This document shows, piece after piece, positions 18,891-28,690 of a DNA stretch of 43,907 nt. The notes under the pieces were generated by a model that was not told the DNA's origin, did not search any database, and saw only the letters and a list, made by a program, of their open reading frames with translations. The position numbers and the translations under genes were made by a program. This DNA is from a bacterium (GTDB lineage: Bacteria; Patescibacteriota; Dojkabacteria; B142; OLB20): positions 1-43,907 of the forward strand of contig JAKQLP010000077.1 in assembly GCA_029567095.1 (NCBI GenBank). Direction: 5' to 3'. How positions within the stretch are numbered: position 1 is the stretch's first letter; each line of letters begins with the position of its first letter.

Positions 18891-19418
18891 ATGGCAAAAA
18901 ACAAACAACAAAAAAAAGAATTGGTGTCTCTTTACAGCACTAAGCTCGAGCAAAATCCAACTTTTTTCGTTGTAAAACCTCTAGGAATTAATCCTAATGA
19001 GGCAACAGCAATGAAAAAGGAATTGTCAGAATTAGGCTCCAGTTACAATCTTGTAAAGAATACTCTATTCCAGATTGCTTTAAAAGAAGCAAATTTCCCT
19101 CTAACTGAACTTGGAGATGGACAACATTCGATTATTTTTTCCAGTGAAAAGGTAAGCGAAACAGCAAAAGTAATCAATAAATTTAGTAAGAATAAAGATA
19201 TTGATAGATTAGAGATCATTGCTGGTGTATATAATATGAAGCTGATCAGCAAGGATGAAGTTAAAGCAATTGCCGACTTACCAAGTAAGGAAGCATTGAT
19301 CGGACAATTACTAAGTGTTATGGTCGGTCCAGTAAGGAATCTTATGTATGTTCTTAAGGGCAATGTACAGGAATTCACTTACTTATTAAATTCAATACAG
19401 GAAAAGAAAACAGCTTAA
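18891..19418 (+). CDS. rplJ: 50S ribosomal protein uL10
   Basis: VKNTLFQIAL, IADLPSKEALIGQL; likely ATG at 18891. Confidence 0.95.
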   Translation: MAKNKQQKKELVSLYSTKLEQNPTFFVVKPLGINPNEATAMKKELSELGSSYNLVKNTLFQIALKEANFPLTELGDGQHSIIFSSEKVSETAKVINKFSKNKDIDRLEIIAGVYNMKLISKDEVKAIADLPSKEALIGQLLSVMVGPVRNLMYVLKGNVQEFTYLLNSIQEKKTA

Positions 19419-19453
19419 ATTCTTTTAATTATTTATTTATTAATTAACTTAAA

Positions 19454-19852
19454 ATGGCAGACGAAAAAAAAGTGGAATTATCAGCTGATGCAGCAAAAAT
19501 AGCAGAGATGCTTGAAAAAATGACTGCATTAGAAATATCCCAATTAGTCAAAGCATTAGAGGAAAAATTCGGTGTTTCAGCAAGTGCACCAGTTGCAGTA
19601 GCAGCAGCTCCTGCAGCAGCCACTGAAGCAGCAGAAGAAAAAACCTCTTTTGATGTAGAACTAACAGAAACCGGAGCAAATAAGATCGCAGTCATCAAAG
19701 TAGTCAAAAACGCTACTGGACTAGGTCTTAAAGAAGCTAAGGATCTAGTGGATGGAGCTCCTAAAATTGTCAAAGAGGAGATGAAAAAAGAAGATGCAGA
19801 AGCTCTAAAGAAAGAGCTTGAAGAAGCTGGAGCAAAGGTTACTTTGAAATAA
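19454..19852 (+). CDS. rplL: 50S ribosomal protein bL12
   Basis: [28 protein letters not shown]. Confidence 0.98.
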   Translation: MADEKKVELSADAAKIAEMLEKMTALEISQLVKALEEKFGVSASAPVAVAAAPAAATEAAEEKTSFDVELTETGANKIAVIKVVKNATGLGLKEAKDLVDGAPKIVKEEMKKEDAEALKKELEEAGAKVTLK

Positions 19853-19873
19853 GTAATTGCCTTAAAGCAAAAT

Positions 19874-19899
19874 AAAAACCCCCTTTAATGGGGGTTTTT
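19874..19899 (+). terminator. Intrinsic terminator after rplL (bidirectional form)
   Basis: AAAAACCCCC-TTTAAT-GGGGGTTTTT. Confidence 0.9.
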
Positions 19900-19956
19900 C
19901 TTTAATAGACTATTGGTTTTGCTTCCTATATAATACTTGCAGTTAAACTAGATAAT

Positions 19957-20637
19957 ATGGGAGAAATATTCATTCAAAGTGGACTTGATAAAAATGTGGT
20001 AGTGATAATACTATTATTGCCTGTCGTTGCTACAATGATAGGAATTTCCAGACATATTTTCGGGCTTCGTTCCCTTGGCATATATCTTTCACTTGTGATT
20101 ACATTCATATTCTTTAAGTTGGGAGTACCTCAACATGAATCGGCCTACCTATCAGAACCAATTGAAGGTTTGAAATATGGAATTCCTCTAGTCCTACTTG
20201 TGTTCAGCTCCACCCTTCTTTGTTATCTGGCTGTAAAAAAATGGGCTCTACACTATTATCCCAAGCTTTCCATAGTCATAACTGGAGTAACAATGATTTT
20301 AATTCTAGCCATTATTCTCTTAGCATACTTTGATTTTAAGAACGTACTAAGAATTGAAACCTTTACTTTGATACTAATTGTTTCAATAACTGAAAAATAT
20401 TTTAGTATCTTATCAAGAAAGAACTTCAAGACCACCCTATTTATCTCAATCGAAAGCATAATTTTAGCAGCTATTTGTTATCTGATAATCAGCGCTCCTT
20501 TTTTTATAGATACTCTCCTGCTATATCCATATATAATACTCGCTTTACTCCCAGTGAATTACCTGGTTGGTAAATTTAGTGGTCTAAGATTTAGTGAGTA
20601 CCTTAGATTCTGGGATATACTTACGGAAAGAGATTAA
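19957..20637 (+). CDS. 7TM membrane protein of the type associated with RimK-like ATP-grasp ligases
   Basis: LLLPVVAT..RHIFGLRSLGIY; C-terminal GKFSGLRFSEYLRF typical of the 7TM_transglut family; no transglutaminase domain. Confidence 0.75.
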   Translation: MGEIFIQSGLDKNVVVIILLLPVVATMIGISRHIFGLRSLGIYLSLVITFIFFKLGVPQHESAYLSEPIEGLKYGIPLVLLVFSSTLLCYLAVKKWALHYYPKLSIVITGVTMILILAIILLAYFDFKNVLRIETFTLILIVSITEKYFSILSRKNFKTTLFISIESIILAAICYLIISAPFFIDTLLLYPYIILALLPVNYLVGKFSGLRFSEYLRFWDILTERD

Positions 20638-20652
20638 TAAAACGTTCTAACA

Positions 20653-22074
20653 ATGCTCGAAAATCTTTTCAAAGTACTGAAAAATAAAAGAAAAGTTCTG
20701 GGGATGAACGAACGTAATCTCGAATATATTAGGAAGTATAATAAAAGAAAAGCCATTGAAATTGCTGACAATAAGATATTAACCAAGGAAGTCCTTACCA
20801 AAGCGCAAATTCCTACTCCAAAATTAATCAATGTGATTAAATCCTATCAAGAACTTGAAAAGTTTGATTTTAACTCTCTACCTAATTCATTTGTATTGAA
20901 ACCTGTATCCGGGTTAGAAGGTGGGGGTATAGATATATTTTACAATCAAGATAAATCTGGCAGGTGGATTAGAGCTGATAAATCCAAAGCCACCGTAAGT
21001 GATCTAAAGAAACAAATCACAGACATTCTTGATGGTAAATACTCTTTAAATCAAACACCAGACTTCGCTCTATTTGAGGAAAGGATTAAAACACATAAGG
21101 CATTCAAATATTTTACATATAAAGGGACTCCGGATATTCGCTTGATTTCATTTAACCAGATCCCAGTAATGGCATTTCTTAGACTTCCAACTAGGGAATC
21201 TAACGGTAAGGCCAATCTGGCATTAGGGGCAATAGCCACAGGTATTGATATTGCCAATGGTGTAACTACTTTTGCTATTCATGGTAAAGCCGGCTACATT
21301 GAATATATTCCAGGTACCAAACTCGAAGTTAGTGGCTTAAAAATTCCTTATTGGGATAGAATGCTGCGCTATGCAATAGAAGCCCAAAAAGCTTCTGGAT
21401 TAAACTATCTAGCTATTGATTTCCTTATTGATCGCGAACAAGGTCCTGTTATAGTTGAACTTAATGCTAGACCCGGTCTATCTATCCAATTAGCGAACAA
21501 AGATGGTCTTAGATGGCGCCTCAAAAAGACCCAAGACTTGAAAGTAACTTCAACTGAGAAAGGTATGAAGCTCGCAAAATACCTGTTCGGAGGCGAAATT
21601 GAGAATGAAATTGAATCTATTTCAGGTAAAGATGTAATTGGAATTTACGAAAATATTACTTTGTACAATGAGACAATGCAAGAGATCCAAACAAAAGCAA
21701 AGATCGATACTGGAGCGGACAGCACGTCTATAGATAAATCGTTCGGTGTAAAGCTCGGTTTTGGCGATATTATTAAAGCTTTTGAGAATGAAAACATTCC
21801 CGAAGATTTAAATAGAGACGAAGGGTTAAAATTGATGGAAAAGCTTCGTAATAAATTCCTTCCAATGTATCCTGAGAGATTAATAGATGTGCAATTCGTT
21901 AAATCAAGTCATGGTTCAAGCCTAAGGCCATACGTTAAGATCAAAGTCAAAATCAAGGATACAATATTCGAAACAAATGCGACAATCTTTGACCGCTCAA
22001 AGTTAGTATATCCTGTTATTGTGGGTAGAAAATCCTTAACGAAATTTCTTATTGACCCGAGTAAGTCAAAATAG
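20653..22074 (+). CDS. Alpha-L-glutamate-ligase-like ATP-grasp enzyme fused to retropepsin-like protease
   Basis: LGMNERN, FVLKP, PDIR, GKANL, ELNARPGL; C-terminal AKIDTGADSTS and YPVIVGR. Confidence 0.85.
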   Translation: MLENLFKVLKNKRKVLGMNERNLEYIRKYNKRKAIEIADNKILTKEVLTKAQIPTPKLINVIKSYQELEKFDFNSLPNSFVLKPVSGLEGGGIDIFYNQDKSGRWIRADKSKATVSDLKKQITDILDGKYSLNQTPDFALFEERIKTHKAFKYFTYKGTPDIRLISFNQIPVMAFLRLPTRESNGKANLALGAIATGIDIANGVTTFAIHGKAGYIEYIPGTKLEVSGLKIPYWDRMLRYAIEAQKASGLNYLAIDFLIDREQGPVIVELNARPGLSIQLANKDGLRWRLKKTQDLKVTSTEKGMKLAKYLFGGEIENEIESISGKDVIGIYENITLYNETMQEIQTKAKIDTGADSTSIDKSFGVKLGFGDIIKAFENENIPEDLNRDEGLKLMEKLRNKFLPMYPERLIDVQFVKSSHGSSLRPYVKIKVKIKDTIFETNATIFDRSKLVYPVIVGRKSLTKFLIDPSKSK

Positions 22075-22075
22075 C

Positions 22076-23074
22076 TTAGCCCCTAAGAATTCTCTGAATA
22101 TGTTCCAGATTATTGAGGGCATATATTATGCCTCTTATCACAGCTAATTCAGGCTCCTCAACTACATGTGCCGAAACTCCAGTTGCTTTAGTAAAGAGAT
22201 CATCGATATTTCTTAACATTGCAGTACCTCCTGTTAGCACCATTCCCCTATCTATTATATCCGAGGACAATTCAGGTGGAGTCCTCTCTAACACCTCTTT
22301 AATTGAAGCAATAATTTCACTTAGGACAGGTTTAAAGCCCTCAACAACATCATTGGTCTTCAATTCAATAGATGTCGGCATGCCTGTAGTTCCATCTCTT
22401 CCTCTTACCTCCATTGTCAATTCCTCCTGAACTGGTACAGCCGAGCCAATTTCGATCTTGATACGCTCGGCCATCTGCTCTCCAATTACTAAGCCTGTCT
22501 TTTTCCTAATGAAATTGATCATTGCCTCATTCAAAGCATCCCCTGCCAATCTTTTGGATTCGTAGGTTACTATACCATTCATAGACATTACGGCAATTTC
22601 AGAAGTTCCGCCTCCCATACTTATTATCATATTCCCTGCTGAACCTGAAATTGGCATATTTGCTCCAATTGCAGCTGCTATAGGTTCAGGAATCAGAAAC
22701 ACTTTCCCAGCTCCTGCCTGGACACATGCTTCGATCACAGCTCTTTCTTCTACTGAGGTAATACCTGCGGGCACACTGATCATGACCTCAGGTTTGAAAA
22801 ACCTCACTTTGCCCAGAACTTTTTGCATCAGGTGAGAAATGATCATTTCAGTAAGTTTATAACTAGCGATCACCCCCTGACGAATAGGTCTCCTAGCCTC
22901 AATATCAACAGGGACTTTCCCCAACATGCCTTTAGCCTGGTTTCCTATAGCCACAACTTTTTTATCTTTAGTGGAAATTGCTACAACTGTAGGTTCGGAT
23001 ATTATTTCTTTCTTACCTACTACAGCGATAATGGAATTTGAAGTTCCAAGGTCTAAACCAATTCTCGTAGCCAT
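22076..23074 (-). CDS. mreB: Second MreB/Mbl paralog
   Basis: IGLDLGT, EPIAAAIG, GGGTSE, LTGGTAML. Confidence 0.92.
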   Translation of the reverse strand: MATRIGLDLGTSNSIIAVVGKKEIISEPTVVAISTKDKKVVAIGNQAKGMLGKVPVDIEARRPIRQGVIASYKLTEMIISHLMQKVLGKVRFFKPEVMISVPAGITSVEERAVIEACVQAGAGKVFLIPEPIAAAIGANMPISGSAGNMIISMGGGTSEIAVMSMNGIVTYESKRLAGDALNEAMINFIRKKTGLVIGEQMAERIKIEIGSAVPVQEELTMEVRGRDGTTGMPTSIELKTNDVVEGFKPVLSEIIASIKEVLERTPPELSSDIIDRGMVLTGGTAMLRNIDDLFTKATGVSAHVVEEPELAVIRGIIYALNNLEHIQRILRG

Positions 23075-23131
23075 TTGGATTTTATTGAACTAATATAGAA
23101 CTATTGCTATACTTCAAAGTATAATATAGCA

Positions 23132-24628
23132 ATGAAAAAACGCAAAATAACTTCAAGTTTATACCTTTTTTTAGCAGCTCTTTTTATTTTTGGGGCAACT
23201 TTTCTTGCAATTATTATATCACAAGGGGGCTCAGTCTCAGATGACGGCGTATTCACAAATTCTGGTGTACTAAGAGTTAATGTTGCGCCTGAAAATGCAA
23301 CATATACTCTATTTGTAGATGATAAACAAATTGATAATCTCGTAAATAAAGGAACAAATTTAGAAGCCGGTATTCATACTATTAGGATTGAATCTCCCGG
23401 GATGTTGAATTGGGAAAAGAAAGTGAATATTAGACAGGGCATTGTTACAGACATATTAGCAAAACTATTTCCCTTAGATTTAAAACTTGAACAGATCACA
23501 AGCAGCAACATTTCAAAGGCAGTATTCTCGCCTTTCGGTGATTATATTTACTATATCATTAACGATACAGAAGTCCCTGCAGACATTGGGATCTGGAGGC
23601 TGCAAATAGGTCAAAACGGACTTTTCTTCTTTAATACCCCATCTGTCCCAATAAAATTTGCTGAGATCGATCCCGAAGTCTCCGAACTATTACTTGACCC
23701 AGGACTGATACTCAAACCCAGCCCTGATCATAACCGCATGCTGGCAATTTCACCATTAACGCAAAAAATCTACCTATTTAATAGCTTAAATGGAACTGAG
23801 CCTCTTAAAAAAATCGATCTACTCTCTGAAATTGGGTTCTTCCCAAAAAATGTTGACTGGTTAAATGATTCAATATCTTTACTTATTGATGATGATAAAG
23901 CACTTTACGAGTTAGATCTTACAAATCAAAGAACCACACTTATTAAATACGATCCTCAACAGTCCATAATATATAGCCACAATCAGTCACACTTAATATG
24001 GTTTGACCGAATCAAAAGATCGTTAAATATATATAAGAATCAACTAAATACAAAACTAGAACTGGGTTCTATAGATTTAAGCCCATATAATGTTTTAGGT
24101 ATAGATTTGCCAAAAAACAGCTCGAGATATATTACAATTAAAACCGACATCAATTACTTACTTATAGATATTGAGGATACAAAGTTATATATTTTTGACC
24201 TGCCTGTCGCAAACTATTCTTTGCTAGAAATTAGCCCAGACTCTACCACTTTTCTTTTTAAAGATAACCAACAACAATTACATACTATAGTAGCTAAGGA
24301 GAATCTAGGTCTTGACCAAATGGAAATAAAGAATTACGACTTGAAAATAATACTTTCAGAATCGGACAAAATTCACTTTGGCCCTACTGGATCGAATGTT
24401 TTCATGTTTAACAATCAAGATAGAACTATAATTAGTTTTGAACAAGATGGAGCTAACTTTACTACACTTATCCAAAACGAATTCATTAACCCGACTTTTG
24501 ACTTGGATAGCCAATTACGATCGCTATACATTTTACTTCAGGACGGAAATAATAAGATTGAGGACCTGGAATCCCCCCTACCCCTTACTACTAATCTATA
24601 CCGAATAGGGTTAGAAGTAGGAAATTAA
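23132..24628 (+). CDS. Membrane-anchored PEGA-domain protein with probable beta-propeller
   Basis: N-terminal TM; PEGA-like SGVLRVN..LEAGIHTIRIESPG..WEKKV; repeated SP[DF] propeller-like motifs. Confidence 0.7.
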   Translation: MKKRKITSSLYLFLAALFIFGATFLAIIISQGGSVSDDGVFTNSGVLRVNVAPENATYTLFVDDKQIDNLVNKGTNLEAGIHTIRIESPGMLNWEKKVNIRQGIVTDILAKLFPLDLKLEQITSSNISKAVFSPFGDYIYYIINDTEVPADIGIWRLQIGQNGLFFFNTPSVPIKFAEIDPEVSELLLDPGLILKPSPDHNRMLAISPLTQKIYLFNSLNGTEPLKKIDLLSEIGFFPKNVDWLNDSISLLIDDDKALYELDLTNQRTTLIKYDPQQSIIYSHNQSHLIWFDRIKRSLNIYKNQLNTKLELGSIDLSPYNVLGIDLPKNSSRYITIKTDINYLLIDIEDTKLYIFDLPVANYSLLEISPDSTTFLFKDNQQQLHTIVAKENLGLDQMEIKNYDLKIILSESDKIHFGPTGSNVFMFNNQDRTIISFEQDGANFTTLIQNEFINPTFDLDSQLRSLYILLQDGNNKIEDLESPLPLTTNLYRIGLEVGN

Positions 24629-24658
24629 AGATGAGGATGATATAATCTTCTTTATTAT

Positions 24659-24732
24659 GCACTAGTAGCTCAGACGGATAGAGCAAGGCACTCCTAACGC
24701 CTAGGTCAGAGGTTCGACTCCTCTCTAGTGCA
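24659..24732 (+). tRNA. tRNA-Arg(CCT), CCA not encoded
   Basis: GCACTAG/CTAGTGC; loop CTCCTAA; T-loop TTCGACT; TGATATAAT promoter just upstream. Confidence 0.92.
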
Positions 24733-24733
24733 T

Positions 24734-25330
24734 TTATTTCAACTTGCCAGATACTCCACTAAAATCACCTGAGTAAACATTGTAATCAAACACTTCCCTA
24801 TTTTTAAACCACAAAGCAATCTCTTCCTTAGCTTCTGCTAATTCACCAGAAGCATGAATAATGTTGTAAATTGGTCTTTGTTGAGAATTAGCAAGCTCGG
24901 CACTATCGATGCCATAATCTCCCCGGATGCTTCCCACCACTGCATTAGCCGGTATGGTATCTCCTACCAACTTTCTACAAACATGTACTGCATTCGGCCC
25001 TTCCCAAACCATAGCTAATACTGGACCAGCACTCAAATAATCAATTAACCAGCCTTTAACTAATTGCCCGATCTTGATTGGATCCATTGTTCCTAATTCC
25101 TTTACTGGATCCAGATCTTTATCTAAATACTCTTTTAAGGTCCTTTCACCTACTTTTTGCAACCATTTTTTAGTATGGGGATAATGTGAATCCCCCATAT
25201 CTCTAGTTGATTTTAAAAATTCCATTGCCACCAACTTCAAACCAACTCTTTCAAACCTTTTGATAATCTCGCCCATCAACCCTCTGGCCACTCCATCATG
25301 TTTAATTACGATCAATGTCCTCTCTGTCAT
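24734..25330 (-). CDS. ndk: Nucleoside-diphosphate kinase (paralog 2)
   Basis: ERTLIVIKHDG, GPVLAMVWEG, GSIRGDY, NIIHAS. Confidence 0.93.
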   Translation of the reverse strand: MTERTLIVIKHDGVARGLMGEIIKRFERVGLKLVAMEFLKSTRDMGDSHYPHTKKWLQKVGERTLKEYLDKDLDPVKELGTMDPIKIGQLVKGWLIDYLSAGPVLAMVWEGPNAVHVCRKLVGDTIPANAVVGSIRGDYGIDSAELANSQQRPIYNIIHASGELAEAKEEIALWFKNREVFDYNVYSGDFSGVSGKLK

Positions 25331-25348
25331 GATTAATAAAACTAATAA

Positions 25349-25960
25349 TTAATATGCTTCATAAATACCTGTATAATCGAGCCTATGGTAATCACTGAGA
25401 TCTTTAAAATCTTTGCCAAACCAATGCTCTATCTCCCTTTTAGCCTCTGAAGCTGCGTCTGATCTATGAACAAGTGTCTTGAAAACAATTCTTCCTGATC
25501 TAACAGCAAGCCTAGGAGTATCAAACCCGTAATCGCCTCGAACTGTTCCCACATCAGCTAACACTGGATCTGTCTTACCCATTAACTTAGCTACCACATC
25601 TACAGCATGATTTCCCTCCCAAACACTTATAACGACAGGTCCTTCTGTCAAATATTGAACCAGAGAGTCATAAATCATTTGACCAATTTTCAATTTGTCA
25701 GTTGTACCCAAATCCTTTAATAATGCCTTTTCATCATTATTATAGTTTTGATAAGTTTTATCCCCCATCTTCTCAAGCCATTCTTTTGTACCGGGATAGT
25801 TTTTTCTGGCTTGTTCTTTACTAGGCCATATCATCCTACAGGCGACCATTTTCAAGCCTATTCGTTCCAACCTATGGAATATTTCTCCAATTAAGCCCCT
25901 TCTCACACCATCAGGCTTTATCATTAGAAATGTTTGTTCAATACTATCAAAGTCATGCAT
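25349..25960 (-). CDS. ndk: Nucleoside-diphosphate kinase (paralog 1)
   Basis: QTFLMIKPDG, GPVV..WEG, GTVRGDY, LVHRSD. Confidence 0.93.
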   Translation of the reverse strand: MHDFDSIEQTFLMIKPDGVRRGLIGEIFHRLERIGLKMVACRMIWPSKEQARKNYPGTKEWLEKMGDKTYQNYNNDEKALLKDLGTTDKLKIGQMIYDSLVQYLTEGPVVISVWEGNHAVDVVAKLMGKTDPVLADVGTVRGDYGFDTPRLAVRSGRIVFKTLVHRSDAASEAKREIEHWFGKDFKDLSDYHRLDYTGIYEAY

Positions 25961-25977
25961 TTTTGAAATAATAAAGA

Positions 25978-26613
25978 TTAAATTACTATTAAACCACTTT
26001 CATTGAGTTCCTTTATAATTTCTTTCTTAACCTCCTCAATGCTACCCCGCCCATTAACAACTATCCACTGCCCAAAGACATTACCTTTAATTAATTTTTG
26101 AAACCCCTCTCTAATTTTATACTGCTTTTTAATGTCCTTCTCATTAATGTCTAATCCCTTATCATGTCCAGTTTCCTTGGATTTTCTGGAAAGAGCTATT
26201 TCAGGTTCGACATCAATAAAGATATTCAGATCTGGAATTGGAATATGAAAATCCGAGGCAAACTTCAAAGCTTTTTCTAAAGACAGGAACTCATCAACTA
26301 AACAGTTATATACTAAATTAGTTGTATAATATCCATCACAAATGAAATGATTAGTTTTGTTCCCTTTAGCTTTTAAAATCCTAGCCTCGAACAATAGTTG
26401 ATCAAGGGCAAAACTGAGAAATAATGCGGATTTGGGGATTTGAATTTCACTTAATAAATACGGCTTGATCAAATTCTTATACTGCACTCCTTGATGATCC
26501 GGGAATTCGGTCCCATCTAACTTCCCAACACCTTTCTTTTCCATATAATCGATCAGCTCTAATCTTTGTCTGCCTTTTCCGGCACCATCGATACCTTCAA
26601 TTACAATAAACAT
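25978..26613 (-). CDS. tmk: Thymidylate kinase-like protein
   Basis: FIVIEGIDGAGK P-loop, FP motif, PDLNIFIDV; DR motif altered. Confidence 0.8.
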   Translation of the reverse strand: MFIVIEGIDGAGKGRQRLELIDYMEKKGVGKLDGTEFPDHQGVQYKNLIKPYLLSEIQIPKSALFLSFALDQLLFEARILKAKGNKTNHFICDGYYTTNLVYNCLVDEFLSLEKALKFASDFHIPIPDLNIFIDVEPEIALSRKSKETGHDKGLDINEKDIKKQYKIREGFQKLIKGNVFGQWIVVNGRGSIEEVKKEIIKELNESGLIVI

Positions 26614-26643
26614 GGCTTTTGGAAATTAATTGAGAGTATTTTA

Positions 26644-27531
26644 TCATAAATAATTCAGAGATTGATCAGATAACAGTAATTTCTTTAAAAAGATCAAATA
26701 TGAACAGTATTGCTCACATCCATCACTTGAAACCAATTCCATTGTGATCCCATCGCTTATTAACACTTGAGTACCATCAATATCAGTTCTTTCTACAGCT
26801 ATCTTATTCATATTAAAGATATCCAAAACCTCCTTATGCGGATGCCCATAAGTGTTATTCCTACCTGCAGAAATTATAGCCACTTCGGGCTTTATTGTAT
26901 CCACGAAATATTTTGAAGTACTATTCCTACTTCCGTGATGACTTACTTTTAATACATCGATATCCCCTATTGCTGAGGCTATTAAATCCTCCTCGGGGCT
27001 GGGCAGATCACCCCCAAAAAAGAAACTTAAACTTTGATAATCAACCCTAAAAGCTAGACTAGCCTCGTTTGATTCTCTACTATCAACAACCGGATTCTCA
27101 AAAAAACTGATCATAACACAACAGCCGACTTTGATATCTCCTTGAACCCTATTATATGGCTGAAGGTAATTTTCCCAATCATCCTTATAATCTGGATCCC
27201 CTTCATTATATATGACTCCATTAACTCTGTATGACTGTAAAATTAAAGGCAGAGCTCCGATGTGATCATTATCAAAATGGGAGATGATCAGAAGATCTAT
27301 AGTATTTTCCCCAAAAGGGAAATATCGGGACAATTCTTCATAGGCGGCCCTACCAGGACCGGTGTCAATCAAAACATATCTACCCTCAGGAGTCCGTAAC
27401 AAGGTCGCTTCACCCTGCCCTACATCAAGAAAATAAGCATAAAAAGATCTATCCCTGTACCCAAATATTAGATCAAAGATCAATAATATTATTAATACAA
27501 CAAATAAATACCTATATTTTGCTGCTTTCAT
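26644..27531 (-). CDS. ComEC-type metallo-beta-lactamase nuclease domain protein
   Basis: LDVGQG, LIDTG, SHFDNDHIG, KVSHHGS, NTYGHP, RTD..G. Confidence 0.9.
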   Translation of the reverse strand: MKAAKYRYLFVVLIILLIFDLIFGYRDRSFYAYFLDVGQGEATLLRTPEGRYVLIDTGPGRAAYEELSRYFPFGENTIDLLIISHFDNDHIGALPLILQSYRVNGVIYNEGDPDYKDDWENYLQPYNRVQGDIKVGCCVMISFFENPVVDSRESNEASLAFRVDYQSLSFFFGGDLPSPEEDLIASAIGDIDVLKVSHHGSRNSTSKYFVDTIKPEVAIISAGRNNTYGHPHKEVLDIFNMNKIAVERTDIDGTQVLISDGITMELVSSDGCEQYCSYLIFLKKLLLSDQSLNYL

Positions 27532-27550
27532 ATCTTGAGATGTTAGGTTC

Positions 27551-28690
27551 TCATATTATATTAGCAATACCAACTATAAAGAAAATCATATCCAATTGCA
27601 GGTCAGTAATTAAATTGAACAATCCCGCACTCGGGATCAAAAATAACGAGGAGATAATTGCAAGTAATCCAGAAGTAATTACTAAAGGTATCAAGGGTGC
27701 AATAAGAATATTGGCTATTAGCGAACCTAATGTAGGAGCGTTACCAAATCTAATTATGATTGGTAACACAAAAACATTGCATAACAAATTAGCTATTAAT
27801 CCTTCAATGAGCCAATTAGGTTTAAATATTTTTTTGATATAGCCTGCGCAAATCATACCTGCTGATGCTAAAAACGATAGCTGTAAACTAATTTCATTTG
27901 CATTATGTGGATTTAATATGAGAAGGACCATTAAAGCCAATCCCCATATCTGAAACTTCTGTACTCTTCTTTGGATCAATTTGGTGAAAATACTAATAAA
28001 GGTCATAATAAACGCCCTCTGACAAGGTATATTATCAATACCAACAATTAAACAATAAAAGACCATAATAAACATACTAATAAGATATGTCTTCTTTCTG
28101 CCAAATAGCACTGAAAGTCGCATAATAGATCCATGAAGGAATTCAATATTAAAACCCGAAACCACTAAAATATGCATTGTTAAAGTGTTTTTAAATCGTT
28201 CTATGACCTTAGGGCTATAATCATAATCAGCCCCAATTAATAATCCTGAAAACAGAGCCGCATTTTGCCCATGCCAGTTTTTATGTATTGTTTTTAATAG
28301 ATCAGACCTGAAGCGACTTATCTCATATAGAATACCTTCACCTTTCTTATGTTCAATTATTAATGGATCAGTGACAAAGCCCACTCTAGTTATTGAGTTT
28401 AATTTTACTCGCCCTTCAATAATTAGTTTGTCATCTACATGAATCTCTTTATCAAGCTTGGTAATAACCTTAATCTTTTGATTAAAGCCAGTGTTATTAA
28501 GTTGTACATAGAACTCCTGCCCTACCCCCTTATATTGAGGGTAAGAAATTACGCGAACCTCTCTTGGAGATCTATCTTCGTTAATTAAGAAATTCATAGG
28601 ATAATCCTGCTTTGCTATTTGAAGGCTCCCAAACAGAATTACTGATAGGATGAATAGAGAATGCTCTTTGATAATCCCGCTGAGATGCAT
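27551..28690 (-). CDS. comEC: ComEC/Rec2 competence membrane channel domain
   Basis: HILVVSGFN, RAFIM, SLQLSFLA, ANILIAP. Confidence 0.9.
   Translation of the reverse strand: MHLSGIIKEHSLFILSVILFGSLQIAKQDYPMNFLINEDRSPREVRVISYPQYKGVGQEFYVQLNNTGFNQKIKVITKLDKEIHVDDKLIIEGRVKLNSITRVGFVTDPLIIEHKKGEGILYEISRFRSDLLKTIHKNWHGQNAALFSGLLIGADYDYSPKVIERFKNTLTMHILVVSGFNIEFLHGSIMRLSVLFGRKKTYLISMFIMVFYCLIVGIDNIPCQRAFIMTFISIFTKLIQRRVQKFQIWGLALMVLLILNPHNANEISLQLSFLASAGMICAGYIKKIFKPNWLIEGLIANLLCNVFVLPIIIRFGNAPTLGSLIANILIAPLIPLVITSGLLAIISSLFLIPSAGLFNLITDLQLDMIFFIVGIANII

Noticed and set aside
27532-27550. comEC split as pseudogene or frameshift
   Set aside because: The downstream MBL gene has its own ATG, N-terminal TM and intact motifs; split ComEC is a known arrangement
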